From NCBI GenBank assembly GCA_016839365.1, contig JAEOUH010000088.1, positions 1-27,890 on the forward strand: 27,890 nucleotides of DNA, given 5' to 3'. The notes beneath the pieces were generated by a model. That model saw only the letters and a program-made list of their open reading frames with translations. It was not told the DNA's origin and did not search any database. Origin of the DNA: Candidatus Hermodarchaeota archaeon. GTDB taxonomy: Archaea > Asgardarchaeota > Hermodarchaeia > Hermodarchaeales > Hermodarchaeaceae. Positions 26,898 through 27,890 of this stretch are shown in pieces. The stretch's first letter is position 1. Each line of letters opens with the position of its first letter. The position numbers and the translations under genes were made by a program.

Positions 26898-27590
26898 ATT
26901 CAAAATGACCTTGATCATTTGAAGACCATTTCGGAACGCCTTCACCTTGGAGGTCGTAATTTTGGCTTCTCCCACACGGGTCAAGTAATGGACTGGAATT
27001 TCCTTCATCTTCCCACCATACCGGAGGACTTTCACAATCATTTGCGGTGAAAATGATGCTCCTTCTGCATTTAATTCTGGAAGAATCGCTTCCAGCATTT
27101 CACGTCGAATCACTCGAAGCGTGCACCCGACATCTGTTAGTGGAGTATACCCATGAAGTAATCCAAGAAGTTTGGCCACTGCTATATTCCCGACGACCAG
27201 AAATAACCCCATGTTGGCCCCTTCTTCAAGATAAGGAGTTGCCGTACGGGTCCCAACAGCAAAGTGTCGTGTTCGGATTTCCCGTAATAATCGTGGAACA
27301 TCAAGCCCACGGAAGGTCTGATCTGCTTCAGTGATGATTACCAAATCATACCCACGGTCCAGAGCTTCACGTAATCCACGGCGAATTGCTGCTCCATAGC
27401 CTTGGATAGGTTCGTGAATCACTGTGGCTCCTGCGGCATTTGCAACTTTAGCTGTGTTGTCAGTCGAGTTGTTATCGATGACAATGACATCATCAACTTC
27501 TTTGGTCTGGAAGTCTTTAATCGTGGCCGAAATTGGTTCTTCTTCGTTCCAGGCGGGGATGACAACACAGACCCGTTTCCCAGCATACAT
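26892..27590 (-). CDS. GT2 polyprenol/dolichol-phosphate sugar synthase-like (DPM1-like) glycosyltransferase
   Basis: VVIPAWNEE, IDNNSTDNT, GYGAAIRRG, EADQT (DxD variant), GTR, TDVGCTLR, EIPVHY..RVGEAK; no TM tail. Confidence 0.9.
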   Translation of the reverse strand: MYAGKRVCVVIPAWNEEEPISATIKDFQTKEVDDVIVIDNNSTDNTAKVANAAGATVIHEPIQGYGAAIRRGLREALDRGYDLVIITEADQTFRGLDVPRLLREIRTRHFAVGTRTATPYLEEGANMGLFLVVGNIAVAKLLGLLHGYTPLTDVGCTLRVIRREMLEAILPELNAEGASFSPQMIVKVLRYGGKMKEIPVHYLTRVGEAKITTSKVKAFRNGLQMIKVILNL

Positions 27591-27686
27591 AGTAACTCAC
27601 CCTGAGCAAGGCCTTATTGAATGTCGTCTTCCCTTCACTGGACATCCTATAAAAGAATGCAAGCTTTGAGTGGTTCTAAAGATCCT

Positions 27687-27890
27687 TCACGCTTTCAACG
27701 AGTAGGCGGGCTTCAGAAATCCCTCATCAGTGGCCTGAAGCATCTTCTCGGTTAGGAACTCAAAGAGTTGGGTGATGTTTGTTCCACTCCGGGCACTAAC
27801 CGGCATATAGGCACGGATGCCGTTCGTTTGGCAGAAGGTCCTTATTTCGTCTTCAGAGGGGCCACCTTCCAGATCTGCCTTAGCGCCAAC
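27687..27890 (-). CDS. C-terminal part of a Ras/Rab-like small GTPase (5' end outside window)
   Basis: Manual translation: VGAKADLEGGPSEDEIRTFCQTNGIRAYMPVSARSGTNITQLFEFLTEKMLQATDEGFLKPAYSLKA*. It shows a G4-like VGAKADL and G5 VSARSG.N motif. Not in the ORF track. Confidence 0.8.
   Translation of the reverse strand, partial: VGAKADLEGGPSEDEIRTFCQTNGIRAYMPVSARSGTNITQLFEFLTEKMLQATDEGFLKPAYSLKA

Noticed and set aside
1-27890. CRISPR array, rRNA, IS/transposase, integrase or prophage
   Set aside because: No regularly spaced repeats, RNA-gene signatures or mobile-element proteins were seen by eye.

Overview
This is a gene-dense archaeal window, most likely from an Asgard archaeon. That call is inferred from a Rab-like small GTPase fragment, H4MPT-biosynthesis genes, IPGFP-TM-RRR surface proteins, BRE/TATA promoters and GGTGA-type RBSs. 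It contains four blocks. (1) 1-3239 (-): a tight operon of a CxxC/His-domain + wHTH protein, a MinD/ParA-family ATPase, and a >638-aa helical-repeat protein with a 51-aa period that runs off the left edge and is missing from the ORF track. (2) 3455-11732: a methanopterin/pterin biosynthesis cluster (MptA, MptE, DHPS-like, RFA-P synthase) with uncharacterised partners (COG2232-type ATP-grasp, DUF1464 ASKHA kinase-like, DUF447). (3) 11895-20456: three large, sequon-rich surface proteins sharing a PP-x-IPG[FL]P-TM-RRR C-terminal sorting signal and a common 3' hairpin-spacer-U-tract. (4) 21184-27590: a lipid-linked glycosylation cluster (nucleotidyltransferase, Dol-P-sugar synthase-like GT2, flippase-like protein, DUF362, two tandem GT-C paralogues, one apparently starting at CTG). 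The best candidate for an undescribed system is blocks 3+4 acting as a glycolipid/GPI-like anchoring or glycan-elaboration pathway next to its probable substrates. Second is the wHTH-MinD-repeat module. No rRNA, tRNA, CRISPR array or transposase was seen. All family assignments come from motif recognition, not database searches.
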